Virus record (IMG/VR): IMGVR_UViG_2897375277_000008
Span: 1 to 37,796 of that record
DNA: 37,796 nt
Reading direction: 5' to 3' (one strand)
From: a virus
Lineage: Duplodnaviria > Heunggongvirae > Uroviricota > Caudoviricetes
Below, piece after piece: positions 28,771-35,924 of the stretch. The notes below the pieces were generated by a model that was not told the origin of the DNA, did not search any database, and saw only the letters and a program-made list of their open reading frames with translations. Position numbers and translations under genes: made by a program. Within the stretch, counting starts at the first letter, position 1; each line of letters starts with the position of its first letter.

Positions 28771-29093
28771 ACTTTCAGGGCCCTCTCATGTAACCAGTAG
28801 GTTGCACGCAGCCTGGCGTTTTCCTCACAAGCAAGCAGTGCGCGGATAATCCCGACCGCCTCGCTGTCGTCATCCTTCACCGCGGTATGAAGCGTTATCC
28901 CCCGGGCCACGCCACGCTTTATCGTGATGACGCCTTTTTTCTCCAGTGCGCGAAGATGCTCCACCGCTGCATTCACTGAACGGTATCCCAGCATGGTTGC
29001 CACCTCCTGATTGGTTGGCGGAAAGCCACGCTCTTTCTGGTAAGAAATCAGCATATCCAGCACCTGCTGCTGGCATTGAGTTAACGTCGTCAT
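28767..29093 (-). CDS. LexA-N-like winged-helix DNA-binding protein
   Basis: 108-aa ORF ...LTQCQQQVLDMLISYQKERGFPPTNQEVATMLGYRSVNAAVEHLRALEKKGVI...; no peptidase domain. Confidence 0.5.
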   Translation of the reverse strand: MTTLTQCQQQVLDMLISYQKERGFPPTNQEVATMLGYRSVNAAVEHLRALEKKGVITIKRGVARGITLHTAVKDDDSEAVGIIRALLACEENARLRATYWLHERALKV

Positions 29094-29776
29094 GCCGCCA
29101 TCTCCCTGACCAGTTTTTCTGCCTGCTGGCGAACCTGCGCCAGAAAGGCCTCACCACATGCCTCAAGTTCATCGCGCCCGATATAGCTGATTGCCGATCC
29201 CTTCCAGGTCTTATCGAAAACAGCAATAGCACCAGCGAAGAACGCTCCTGTCGGCACCTGCTTCTCATCCTTCGGGATAAACCAGACAGGCAGTTCAAAA
29301 CCAATACGCCCGCGAATAAAAGCAATATGGTCTGCATCTTCCGGCCACCACACTTCGCTGGTGGCAGCTTTGATCAGGAAAACATAGCGCCCGCCCTTAT
29401 CACGCATGGCACTGGCATGTTTCATGATGTAACGCATGCCGGTGATGTATTGCCCCTCATGCTGACTGGCGCGGCTGTATGGGGGATTACCAAAGGCAGC
29501 ACCTTTAAGCTCCGCAAGACGTTCTGACCAGTCATGCGCCAGCGCGTTGTCTTCCGCCGTGTAATACGCAGCACATTTGGTGTTATCACCGTCAGTGAAC
29601 AGATCCAGAACAAACGGGCCAAACAGGGTGTTAATTCCCCAGAAAATGTTGTCCGGCGTGCGCCACTGATCGCCCACTTCCTTCAGTTCATGGGCTGGTT
29701 TGTTCCGCAGTTCCACCAGCGCCTGGCAATATTTATTACTCATTAAGCCCCCACGTAATTCCCTGACAGATACCAC
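29090..29776 (-). CDS. Orphan DNA N6-adenine methyltransferase (phage Dam-like)
   Basis: 228-aa ORF containing the motif FGNPPYS (NPPY catalytic motif); no adjacent restriction gene. Confidence 0.7.
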   Translation of the reverse strand: MVSVRELRGGLMSNKYCQALVELRNKPAHELKEVGDQWRTPDNIFWGINTLFGPFVLDLFTDGDNTKCAAYYTAEDNALAHDWSERLAELKGAAFGNPPYSRASQHEGQYITGMRYIMKHASAMRDKGGRYVFLIKAATSEVWWPEDADHIAFIRGRIGFELPVWFIPKDEKQVPTGAFFAGAIAVFDKTWKGSAISYIGRDELEACGEAFLAQVRQQAEKLVREMAA

Positions 29777-30237
29777 TCTTCACCCGATGCAGCGCGCTTG
29801 CTGCTTTTCCGTAAGCACCGCTCACGACGCGCCAGAAAATTGTTTCGTTCTGGCTGGGAGTGGCTTTCACGGAATGCCGCCATCCACACCGTTGCAGCAC
29901 GACGGTATAAGCCCCTGGACTCCAGTTCTTCAGCCTGGCGGGTCAGGCACAAAATCTCCCGCGGGTCGTTAGTGCCGACATAGAAATTGCGCACAGGTCT
30001 GGTTTCACGAACTGGTTGCGGTTCCGCCTCCTGCGCTCTCTCAGTCAGGCGCGGGAAATGTCTGCGTGTATCCCCTTCACAACGGTGAGCCACACGACCA
30101 CTCTGACGTAACTTGCTTGCTGACTGCAGAACGCGCTGCCGTGAGTAACCTGCAAAAGCATCCGCAATGTCTCCGGAAGTACAGCCCGGATGGGCTTCAA
30201 TGAATTTCTGAACGTCATTCAAAAGACTCATGCTCAC
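29743..30237 (-). CDS. Hypothetical basic protein (possible regulator)
   Basis: 164-aa Arg-rich ORF downstream of the replication initiator. Confidence 0.4.
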   Translation of the reverse strand: MSMSLLNDVQKFIEAHPGCTSGDIADAFAGYSRQRVLQSASKLRQSGRVAHRCEGDTRRHFPRLTERAQEAEPQPVRETRPVRNFYVGTNDPREILCLTRQAEELESRGLYRRAATVWMAAFRESHSQPERNNFLARRERCLRKSSKRAASGEEWYLSGNYVGA

Positions 30238-31175
30238 CCCCTGAATCCTGCCGGGATCTGGCTGTAGTCCACATTGTCGTAACTGGCTTTGAAGTACGGG
30301 TCTTCGCGTTTTTCTGTGTACGTGCTGACGGACGGCGATAAGCGCAGGGAAAGCTCATCCCATTTTTCCCGCAGCTTCGACGGGCTGAGCACGTTACGGC
30401 ACCAGAACGGATCGCGGCTGACGCGGCTGTACATCTCGCAGATTTGTTTGTGAGTACGACCATCCTGCACACACATCAGGCGTATTTCGTTTGCCCATGC
30501 TGTCCAGTTCGGTTCTTTGGGACGTACCACTTCGCCGTCACATTCGGCGGCCTGCTCGTACAGAGCGATGATTTTTTTCCAGAGCCACTGTGCGCAGGTC
30601 AAATCATCCTGCGTCCCCCACTGGCGCTTTTTAGGGCTGAATACAACCGCATCAGGATGGCGAGTTAAAAAATCCTGTTCAGCCGTCTGCGTGTCCGGTT
30701 GCGAAGCGTCCGGACGAGAAGGTTTTTTATCTGACGGATCATGTTTTGATTTTACTGACGGATCCCCGCCAGATTCTGACGGGTGAAAACCCGCTTTTTT
30801 GCCAGATTTCGACGCATCAAATTTTGACGGGTCAGATTTTGATGCGTCAGATTTTGACGGGTCAGAATCTGACAGTTGAGAAAATGCCGCTGCCTGAAGC
30901 TTCGCAACGTTAAGCTGATAAACATTCGACGCATTGCGGTTACCCTGGCGACGCGCCTTACGCGTTAACCAGCCTTCTGCTTCCAGCCGTGCGATAGCCG
31001 TTCTGACGGTACTCATCCCCGCGCCAATCTGACGGGCAATGGTTTCAATTGATGGCCAGCACACACCTTCGTCATTACTGAAATCAGCCAGGCGGGCCAT
31101 AATTGCCACGCTGGATAACTTCATGCCTGATGCAGCGCAACCATCCCATACATAGCCGGTTAATTTAGTGCTCAT
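30234..31175 (-). CDS. Replication initiation protein (O-like, N-terminal winged helix, iterons inside gene)
   Basis: 313-aa ORF; N-terminal HTH-like region; central repeated peptide DPSKSDASKSDPSKFDASKSG encoded by the DNA iterons. Confidence 0.7.
   Translation of the reverse strand: MSTKLTGYVWDGCAASGMKLSSVAIMARLADFSNDEGVCWPSIETIARQIGAGMSTVRTAIARLEAEGWLTRKARRQGNRNASNVYQLNVAKLQAAAFSQLSDSDPSKSDASKSDPSKFDASKSGKKAGFHPSESGGDPSVKSKHDPSDKKPSRPDASQPDTQTAEQDFLTRHPDAVVFSPKKRQWGTQDDLTCAQWLWKKIIALYEQAAECDGEVVRPKEPNWTAWANEIRLMCVQDGRTHKQICEMYSRVSRDPFWCRNVLSPSKLREKWDELSLRLSPSVSTYTEKREDPYFKASYDNVDYSQIPAGFRG
30722..30881 (-). repeat. Origin iterons (about 8 tandem ~15-bp repeats)
   Basis: Repeats of attttgacgggtcag-like units, e.g. 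30822..30836, 30837..30851, 30852..30866, with degenerate copies upstream. Confidence 0.65.
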
Positions 31176-31184
31176 GACCGACCT

Positions 31185-31523
31185 CTATTTCCCTGAATTT
31201 ACGACGAAACTGTTCGAGCGGACTGAAGCATTCATGCTCATAACCTTCGCGGAGGTAGATAACCCGTTGTGTTTCCGGCTCCCAACGAATGACTCTGACG
31301 GGCACTCCGTAGTGATCTTTGAACCAGCGGTTAACTTGTCGCAAAGGACTGTCTCCTTCTGCCGGTTGAAATCCCCCACAGCCCACTCTGCAAAGCTGTG
31401 GGTTACAATTTCCCTGTCACCTGGTACATTCACTGCATAGCAATACTCCACCTTCGCTTTTCCACCCGGAACCGGAAGCGCAATCAGTTGCGAGCGACGG
31501 TAGTGTGTTGTTAAACTGTTCAT
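31185..31523 (-). CDS. Hypothetical protein (e14 YmfM-like by size and position)
   Basis: 112-aa ORF between the CII-like gene and the replication gene; overlaps an alternative-frame 73-aa ORF. Confidence 0.4.
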   Translation of the reverse strand: MNSLTTHYRRSQLIALPVPGGKAKVEYCYAVNVPGDREIVTHSFAEWAVGDFNRQKETVLCDKLTAGSKITTECPSESFVGSRKHNGLSTSAKVMSMNASVRSNSFVVNSGK

Positions 31524-32083
31524 GCGTTAGTTTCTCCACAGTCACGACACGCCACGGCGCCCGGAGCTGCACACTCGCGGGCGTCACTACTTTCTGAAAC
31601 GCAAAAGATTTTGTAGACCAGTGCTGCATGCTCCTGCAGCTTCGAAATTGAGAGGTACAGCTCATCGTTAATTGCTGTCTTCTCATGCGGTTCCACTACA
31701 CCGTCTTCAATTGCTGAACGAATCTGTTTTGAATAACTGCCGATCTGTTCAATGACCTCCAGCAGGCGTTGGTTGATATCGGCGTTGTCCACATCCTCGA
31801 CGTCAGGAAGAGACACAAAGACGCCATTTGCAGACTGCGCCACAGCATCAGCAATGAAGTGAGTGCCACCAGCACGCTGTAAAACCATTGCCCATCCCAG
31901 CGGGAAAATCTGATCGCCATCTGCACGAAGGCGGTTGAATAAAGCGTTTTCTGTTACATCGAGCCAGTCAGCCGCTTCAGCGTAACCACCCGGCAACGCC
32001 GCGATAGTTTTTCTGACAGCTTTCACGTACCACTCAGGCTGTTTTTCTATTTTCCAGTGATGCTTACCCACGATTAGCCTCAT
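31520..32083 (-). CDS. CII-like early regulatory protein (CP76 type)
   Basis: 187-aa ORF directly downstream of cro; family assignment from memory. Confidence 0.5.
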   Translation of the reverse strand: MRLIVGKHHWKIEKQPEWYVKAVRKTIAALPGGYAEAADWLDVTENALFNRLRADGDQIFPLGWAMVLQRAGGTHFIADAVAQSANGVFVSLPDVEDVDNADINQRLLEVIEQIGSYSKQIRSAIEDGVVEPHEKTAINDELYLSISKLQEHAALVYKIFCVSESSDARECAAPGAVACRDCGETNA

Positions 32084-32114
32084 CGTTCTGTGGTTAAAAA
32101 TTGAAAGTGTTCTG

Positions 32115-32315
32115 CTAATCTTTCGGATAGATATCCGGTCTTAAGTCAGATTTCGTAATTGCACCTGATGTGTATTGCTCAAGTTTTTTAGCCAGCACAA
32201 AACTGGCTTTTTTATAGCCATTGAAAACCAGCCGTAAGTAGCCAGGTGTTGAGCCAACTTTTCCGGCCAACTCGCCCTGCTGTTCTTTGGTTAAAGAGTC
32301 CCAATACGCTTTCAT
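32115..32315 (-). CDS. cro: Cro-like repressor
   Basis: Start set at the Met of MKAYWDSLTKEQQGELAGKVGSTPGYLRLVFNG... (66 aa) with GGAGG Shine-Dalgarno; track ORF 32115..32618 is over-extended through the operator region. Confidence 0.7.
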   Translation of the reverse strand: MKAYWDSLTKEQQGELAGKVGSTPGYLRLVFNGYKKASFVLAKKLEQYTSGAITKSDLRPDIYPKD

Positions 32316-32405
32316 ACAATATGTACCTCCGGTATACATATTACATGATTGAAATGAACCTTCAAGATACTTGTACCTTAACGGTACAAGGGTTTTAATT
32401 TCGTT
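32316..32405. promoter_or_regulatory. Right operator/promoter region (divergent P_R and P_RM)
   Basis: 19-bp motif ATGTACCTCCGGTATACAT (32321..32339) and perfect 8-5-8 palindrome cttgtacc-ttaac-ggtacaag (32370..32390). P_R on minus: -35 at 32360..32365, -10 at 32338..32343. P_RM on plus: TTGTAC 32371..32376, N17, TTTAAT 32394..32399, about 7 nt from the cI ATG. Confidence 0.55.
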
Positions 32406-33080
32406 ATGAAAACAATCCATGACATCCGGCGGTCTAACGCCAGAAAACTGAGAGATGGTGTTGGCGGGAATTCTTCCTTTGCCACTATGATTGATCGCGA
32501 GCCAACCCAGACCAGCAGGTTTATGGGAGATGGTGCTACTAAAAATATCGGTGACAGCATGGCACGACACATCGAAAAATGTTTCGACCTGCCTGTCGGA
32601 TGGCTCGATCAAGAACACCAGACAACGAACATCACAAAAAAACCTGATGTTTCAATCACTAATAAACAAATCACATTAGTCCCTGTCATATCATGGGTAC
32701 AGGCCGGAGCATGGAAAGAAGTTGGATATTCTGAGGTTGATTTGAGCACAGCAGAAACGTATCCCTGCCCTGTACCCTGTGGGGAAATGACTTATATCTT
32801 GCGGGTGATAGGTGATTCAATGATTGATGAGTACCGCCCGGGAGACATGATTTTTGTCGATCCTGAAGTACCTGCCTGCCACGGTGACGACGTTATTGCA
32901 TTGATGCACGATACAGGTGAAACCACCTTCAAAAGGTTGATAGAAGATGGGACACAGCATTATCTCAAAGCGTTAAACCCAAACTGGCCTGAGCCTTACA
33001 TTAAGATCAACGGTAATTGCTCTATAATTGGAACTGTGATTTTCTCAGGAAAACCAAGAAGATACAAAATCAAAGCCTAA
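32406..33080 (+). CDS. cI: CI-type repressor (HTH plus S24 LexA-like peptidase domain)
   Basis: 224-aa ORF divergent from cro; C-terminal half ...LRVIGDSMIDEYRPGDMIFVDPE...GDDVIALMHDTGETTFKRL... is S24 autopeptidase-like. Confidence 0.85.
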   Translation: MKTIHDIRRSNARKLRDGVGGNSSFATMIDREPTQTSRFMGDGATKNIGDSMARHIEKCFDLPVGWLDQEHQTTNITKKPDVSITNKQITLVPVISWVQAGAWKEVGYSEVDLSTAETYPCPVPCGEMTYILRVIGDSMIDEYRPGDMIFVDPEVPACHGDDVIALMHDTGETTFKRLIEDGTQHYLKALNPNWPEPYIKINGNCSIIGTVIFSGKPRRYKIKA

Positions 33081-33092
33081 TCAATGTTTATG

Positions 33093-33115
33093 AACCTGCT
33101 TCGGCAGGTTTTTTT
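33093..33115 (+). terminator. Intrinsic terminator after cI
   Basis: Stem aacctgc/gcaggtt, loop ttcg, then TTTTT. Confidence 0.7.
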
Positions 33116-33119
33116 ATAC

Positions 33120-33153
33120 TTGACAATGTACCCTTAAGATACATAATGTACCC
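33120..33153 (+). promoter_or_regulatory. Candidate P_L-equivalent promoter with operator motif
   Basis: TTGACA (33120..33125), N17, ATAATG; overlapped by ATGTACCCTTAAGATACAT (33126..33144), same 19-bp pattern as in O_R, plus a second ATGTACCC at 33146..33153. Confidence 0.5.
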
Positions 33154-33314
33154 AAGAGAAACAACAAACAGGCAGGACGCCCACGAAGTAGCCGCCTGGG
33201 GCATATGAAGTCCAGGATGATTCGTTAGCAACAAAAAAGCGCCCTACAGGACGCTTAGCTCTTTAACAATCTGGTCCCCATCAACAAGTAACTGATAACT
33301 TGAGGAGGTGTGAA

Positions 33315-33521
33315 ATGCACAAAACAGAACCAAAAATCGTCGCGCCCGGATACACAAATGAGGAAATTTACGAGTGGATGGCAAAGAAGCTGGCAGCTAT
33401 AAACCAGCTTCGTGAAGTGCTGTCTTATCGACAGGAAACAATAGACTCCTTAAAAAAACTGGATCAGGAAATCACGGTTTTATCACAGGATGTTACTTTA
33501 GATATTGTGCAGACAAATTAG
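33315..33521 (+). CDS. Hypothetical 68-aa protein (first gene after P_L-like promoter)
   Basis: Start at ATG 33315 with strong GAGGAGG Shine-Dalgarno (track ORF starts 33300); predicted helical, not Arg-rich. Confidence 0.5.
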   Translation: MHKTEPKIVAPGYTNEEIYEWMAKKLAAINQLREVLSYRQETIDSLKKLDQEITVLSQDVTLDIVQTN

Positions 33522-33927
33522 GATCCCATTCATTTTCGTCAAAATCATCAAAGTGATGAATTTGTGATCTCCAGTCTCGATAATCTAAAAATTTCTGGGC
33601 GGTTACGCTTATTTTATCAAGCGTGAGTTCATCCTGAATTGAAAGAAGAAGTTCATCAAATTTCATCTCATTAATCTGTTTTGGCATCCAGTGATGCTTC
33701 ATCAGAATAAGGTGAACCAGAGCTTTTTTCCCATTCAACTGATTATAGGGAGTGCCGAATTTCTTCCGGTGCTCATGTAAGACAAGGTCCAGAAGAGTAA
33801 GTAATGTTGCCCTTGATTCAACTTTGCTTATTTCGACTGATGACACTACCCCACTGATTTCAATGCCCCGATACTTTCCAACATTTTCACAGTGGGATTT
33901 GTACAGCGTATAGATATTACCGGACAT
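33493..33927 (-). CDS. Hypothetical 144-aa protein in the immunity region
   Basis: ORF convergent with and overlapping the 68-aa gene by 29 bp; AT-rich; direct repeats in its upstream region. Confidence 0.5.
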   Translation of the reverse strand: MSGNIYTLYKSHCENVGKYRGIEISGVVSSVEISKVESRATLLTLLDLVLHEHRKKFGTPYNQLNGKKALVHLILMKHHWMPKQINEMKFDELLLSIQDELTLDKISVTAQKFLDYRDWRSQIHHFDDFDENEWDPNLSAQYLK

Positions 33928-33942
33928 TTCTTTTCCTTTTGC

Positions 33943-33993
33943 GTTGTTGGGGATAACCAGATTAACCGAATCCTTGTTGTTGGGGAATAACCA
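33943..33993 (-). repeat. Direct repeats upstream of the 144-aa gene
   Basis: gttgttggggataaccag (33943..33960) and gttgttggggaataaccag (33975..33993), 32 bp apart, 16 to 66 bp upstream of the start codon. Confidence 0.55.
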
Positions 33994-34210
33994 GGTCCAC
34001 CTCGCCTGATGTGGCTAAAAGCAGGCACATAACAGCTAAGTATTTTCAACCAGAGAGAATCCTTAGCGTTGTGGTGAATGCGGCTCAGCGCACGCGGGTT
34101 AAGGTTGAGGCTGACAGTCGACCTTCTGTGGATACCCACCCGTCTGGTGTGCAACCTTCGCTAGGCACCGGGAAGCACCCGGCACCACAACTTTATGCTG
34201 TGTGTAGTCT

Positions 34211-34259
34211 TGACGGTACCAGTTTGTACCCTTGCTTCCGGCTGGTACCGTCCTTTTTA
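34211..34259 (+). terminator. Intrinsic terminator-like hairpin
   Basis: 11-bp perfect stem gacggtaccag/ctggtaccgtc with 19-nt loop, then cttttt. Confidence 0.5.
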
Positions 34260-34347
34260 CAAAACAGAGAAGAGCATCACCGGACGACGGGCTCATAACC
34301 CAATCCATCCGGGCGGCAGTCATCGCAGGTGTTCTTCTCTGTTTTGT
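34259..34347 (+). repeat. Long inverted repeat (17 of 18 bp arms, 53-bp spacer) upstream of xis
   Basis: acaaaacagagaagagca (34259..34276) pairs with tgttcttctctgttttgt (34330..34347). Confidence 0.6.
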
Positions 34348-34420
34348 GGAGAAACTAACCGACCTTGCAGGGTCGATATGCAGAGACTGAACAGTTATTG
34401 AAGTAATAAGGTGATCGCAT

Positions 34421-34666
34421 ATGCTTCAAATGTTAACTCTTGAAGAATGGGCTTCTGAAAAATACAGAAGTAATCCTCCAAGCGTTTCCACGTTGCGTCG
34501 TTATGCTAAGCAGAATTTGTTTTGTCCACCGGCAATGAAACAAGGTCGGTTATGGCGAGTGCGTGAGGACGCCGAGTTAGTTGGAGAGCTGGTAACACCA
34601 GTAATTAAGAAAAATGACTCATTACTTTTGCAACGGATTTTGAGTGATGGCAGCCAGACCGCGTAA
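34421..34666 (+). CDS. xis: Excisionase-like protein
   Basis: 81-aa ORF immediately upstream of and overlapping the integrase gene. Confidence 0.6.
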   Translation: MLQMLTLEEWASEKYRSNPPSVSTLRRYAKQNLFCPPAMKQGRLWRVREDAELVGELVTPVIKKNDSLLLQRILSDGSQTA

Positions 34667-35774
34667 GAATAATGTTTCAGTCCCTAACTTATATCCGCTT
34701 TATAGCCGAAAGGTAAATAAAGTCTATTGGCGGTATAAGCATCCAATAACAGGGAAATTCCATGCTTTGGGAACAAACGAAGCTGAAGCTATCGCTATTG
34801 CCACTGAAGCCAATACGCGCCTGGCTGAACAAAGAACCCGGCAGATTCTGGCCATCAGTGACAGGATCGCAACCAGCAAAGGGAAAGCAATCACAACGTC
34901 AACTTGGTTAGATCGCTATCAAGCGATCCAGAATGACAGGCTGCAAAGTGGTGATATAAAGCTCAACACCTACAAGCAGAAAGCCAAACCTGTCTCCTTA
35001 CTTAGAGAACGGGCAGGATTGAAGCTAATTTCAGCTGTTGATGTCCGGGATATTGCACAATTACTTGATGAGTATATTGCCGCTGGGCAACCGAGAATGG
35101 CACAAGTAGTTCGCTCCGTCCTGATTGATGTTTTCAAAGAGGCGCAGCACTACGGAGAAGTACCTCCTGGCTATAACCCTGCATTAGCTACTAAACAGCC
35201 AAGAAGAAAAATTACCCGACAACGGCTGAGCCTCGAAGAATGGAAAAAAATATTCGATATCGCAGATGCCAGCCATCGTTACATGGGAAATGCCATGCTG
35301 CTAGCCTTGGTTACTGGTCAGCGGTTAGGTGATATTTCACGTATGAAATTTAGCGATATTTGGGATGATCATCTGCATGTCATTCAGGAAAAAACCGGGA
35401 GCAAAATCGCCATCCCGCTTTCCCTGCGCCTCAATGCGATTAACTGGAGTTTGCGCGATGTAGTAGCCCGTTGCCGTGACTATGCTGTCAGCCCATACCT
35501 TGTACATTTTTTTCGTACTACTTCACAGGCTGAACGCGGCGCACAGGTTAAAGCCAATACCTTGACTATGAATTTCAGTAAAGCAAGAGATTTAGCAGGA
35601 ATTGACTGGGGTGAAGGTTCTCCCGCAACATTTCATGAACAAAGGTCTTTATCAGAACGTTTGTATAAAGAACAGGGTTTAAATACACAAAAATTACTTG
35701 GTCATAAAACACAACAACAAACCGATCGTTATCATGACGATCGAGGCAAGGGATGGAGCAAAGTAGCGTTGTGA
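34644..35774 (+). CDS. int: Tyrosine integrase, lambda Int family
   Basis: 376-aa ORF; parallels lambda Int as I recall it (…VTGQRLGDISRMKFSDI…, …TFHEQRSLSERLYKEQ…, …LLGHKTQQQTDRYHDDRG…, with the C-terminal catalytic Tyr). Confidence 0.9.
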   Translation: MMAARPRKNNVSVPNLYPLYSRKVNKVYWRYKHPITGKFHALGTNEAEAIAIATEANTRLAEQRTRQILAISDRIATSKGKAITTSTWLDRYQAIQNDRLQSGDIKLNTYKQKAKPVSLLRERAGLKLISAVDVRDIAQLLDEYIAAGQPRMAQVVRSVLIDVFKEAQHYGEVPPGYNPALATKQPRRKITRQRLSLEEWKKIFDIADASHRYMGNAMLLALVTGQRLGDISRMKFSDIWDDHLHVIQEKTGSKIAIPLSLRLNAINWSLRDVVARCRDYAVSPYLVHFFRTTSQAERGAQVKANTLTMNFSKARDLAGIDWGEGSPATFHEQRSLSERLYKEQGLNTQKLLGHKTQQQTDRYHDDRGKGWSKVAL

Positions 35775-35924
35775 AAATTTAACATTAATCTTAGATAAAA
35801 GTCTCTAGTAGTTCTTCAACGTCGAAAGCTAACCACCGAAATCAAATATGATAACGGTGGTCATTCGATACTAAAATGTCAAGCTTTTATCGGTAACAAA
35901 AATTCAATAAAAGTGAGTCGGCCC

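Noticed and set aside
31165-31386. 73-aa minus-strand ORF overlapping the 112-aa ORF in another frame
   Set aside because: Only one of the two overlapping frames is likely translated; the 112-aa ORF is preferred for its position right after the CII-like gene, though a frameshifted single gene cannot be excluded.
32115-32618. 167-aa minus-strand ORF spanning the operator region
   Set aside because: Over-extended form of cro: the N-terminal 100 codons run through the operator/promoter region and antisense into cI; the Met with a Shine-Dalgarno at 32315 gives a 66-aa Cro.
34200-34400. Possible retron msr/msd
   Set aside because: The inverted repeats resemble retron a1/a2 arms superficially, but no reverse transcriptase gene is nearby; excisionase and integrase follow directly.
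34011-34401. Plus-strand ORFs of 95 and 68 aa in the xis-upstream region
   Set aside because: They run through the hairpin and inverted-repeat arms and have no ribosome-binding sites; region interpreted as structured non-coding.
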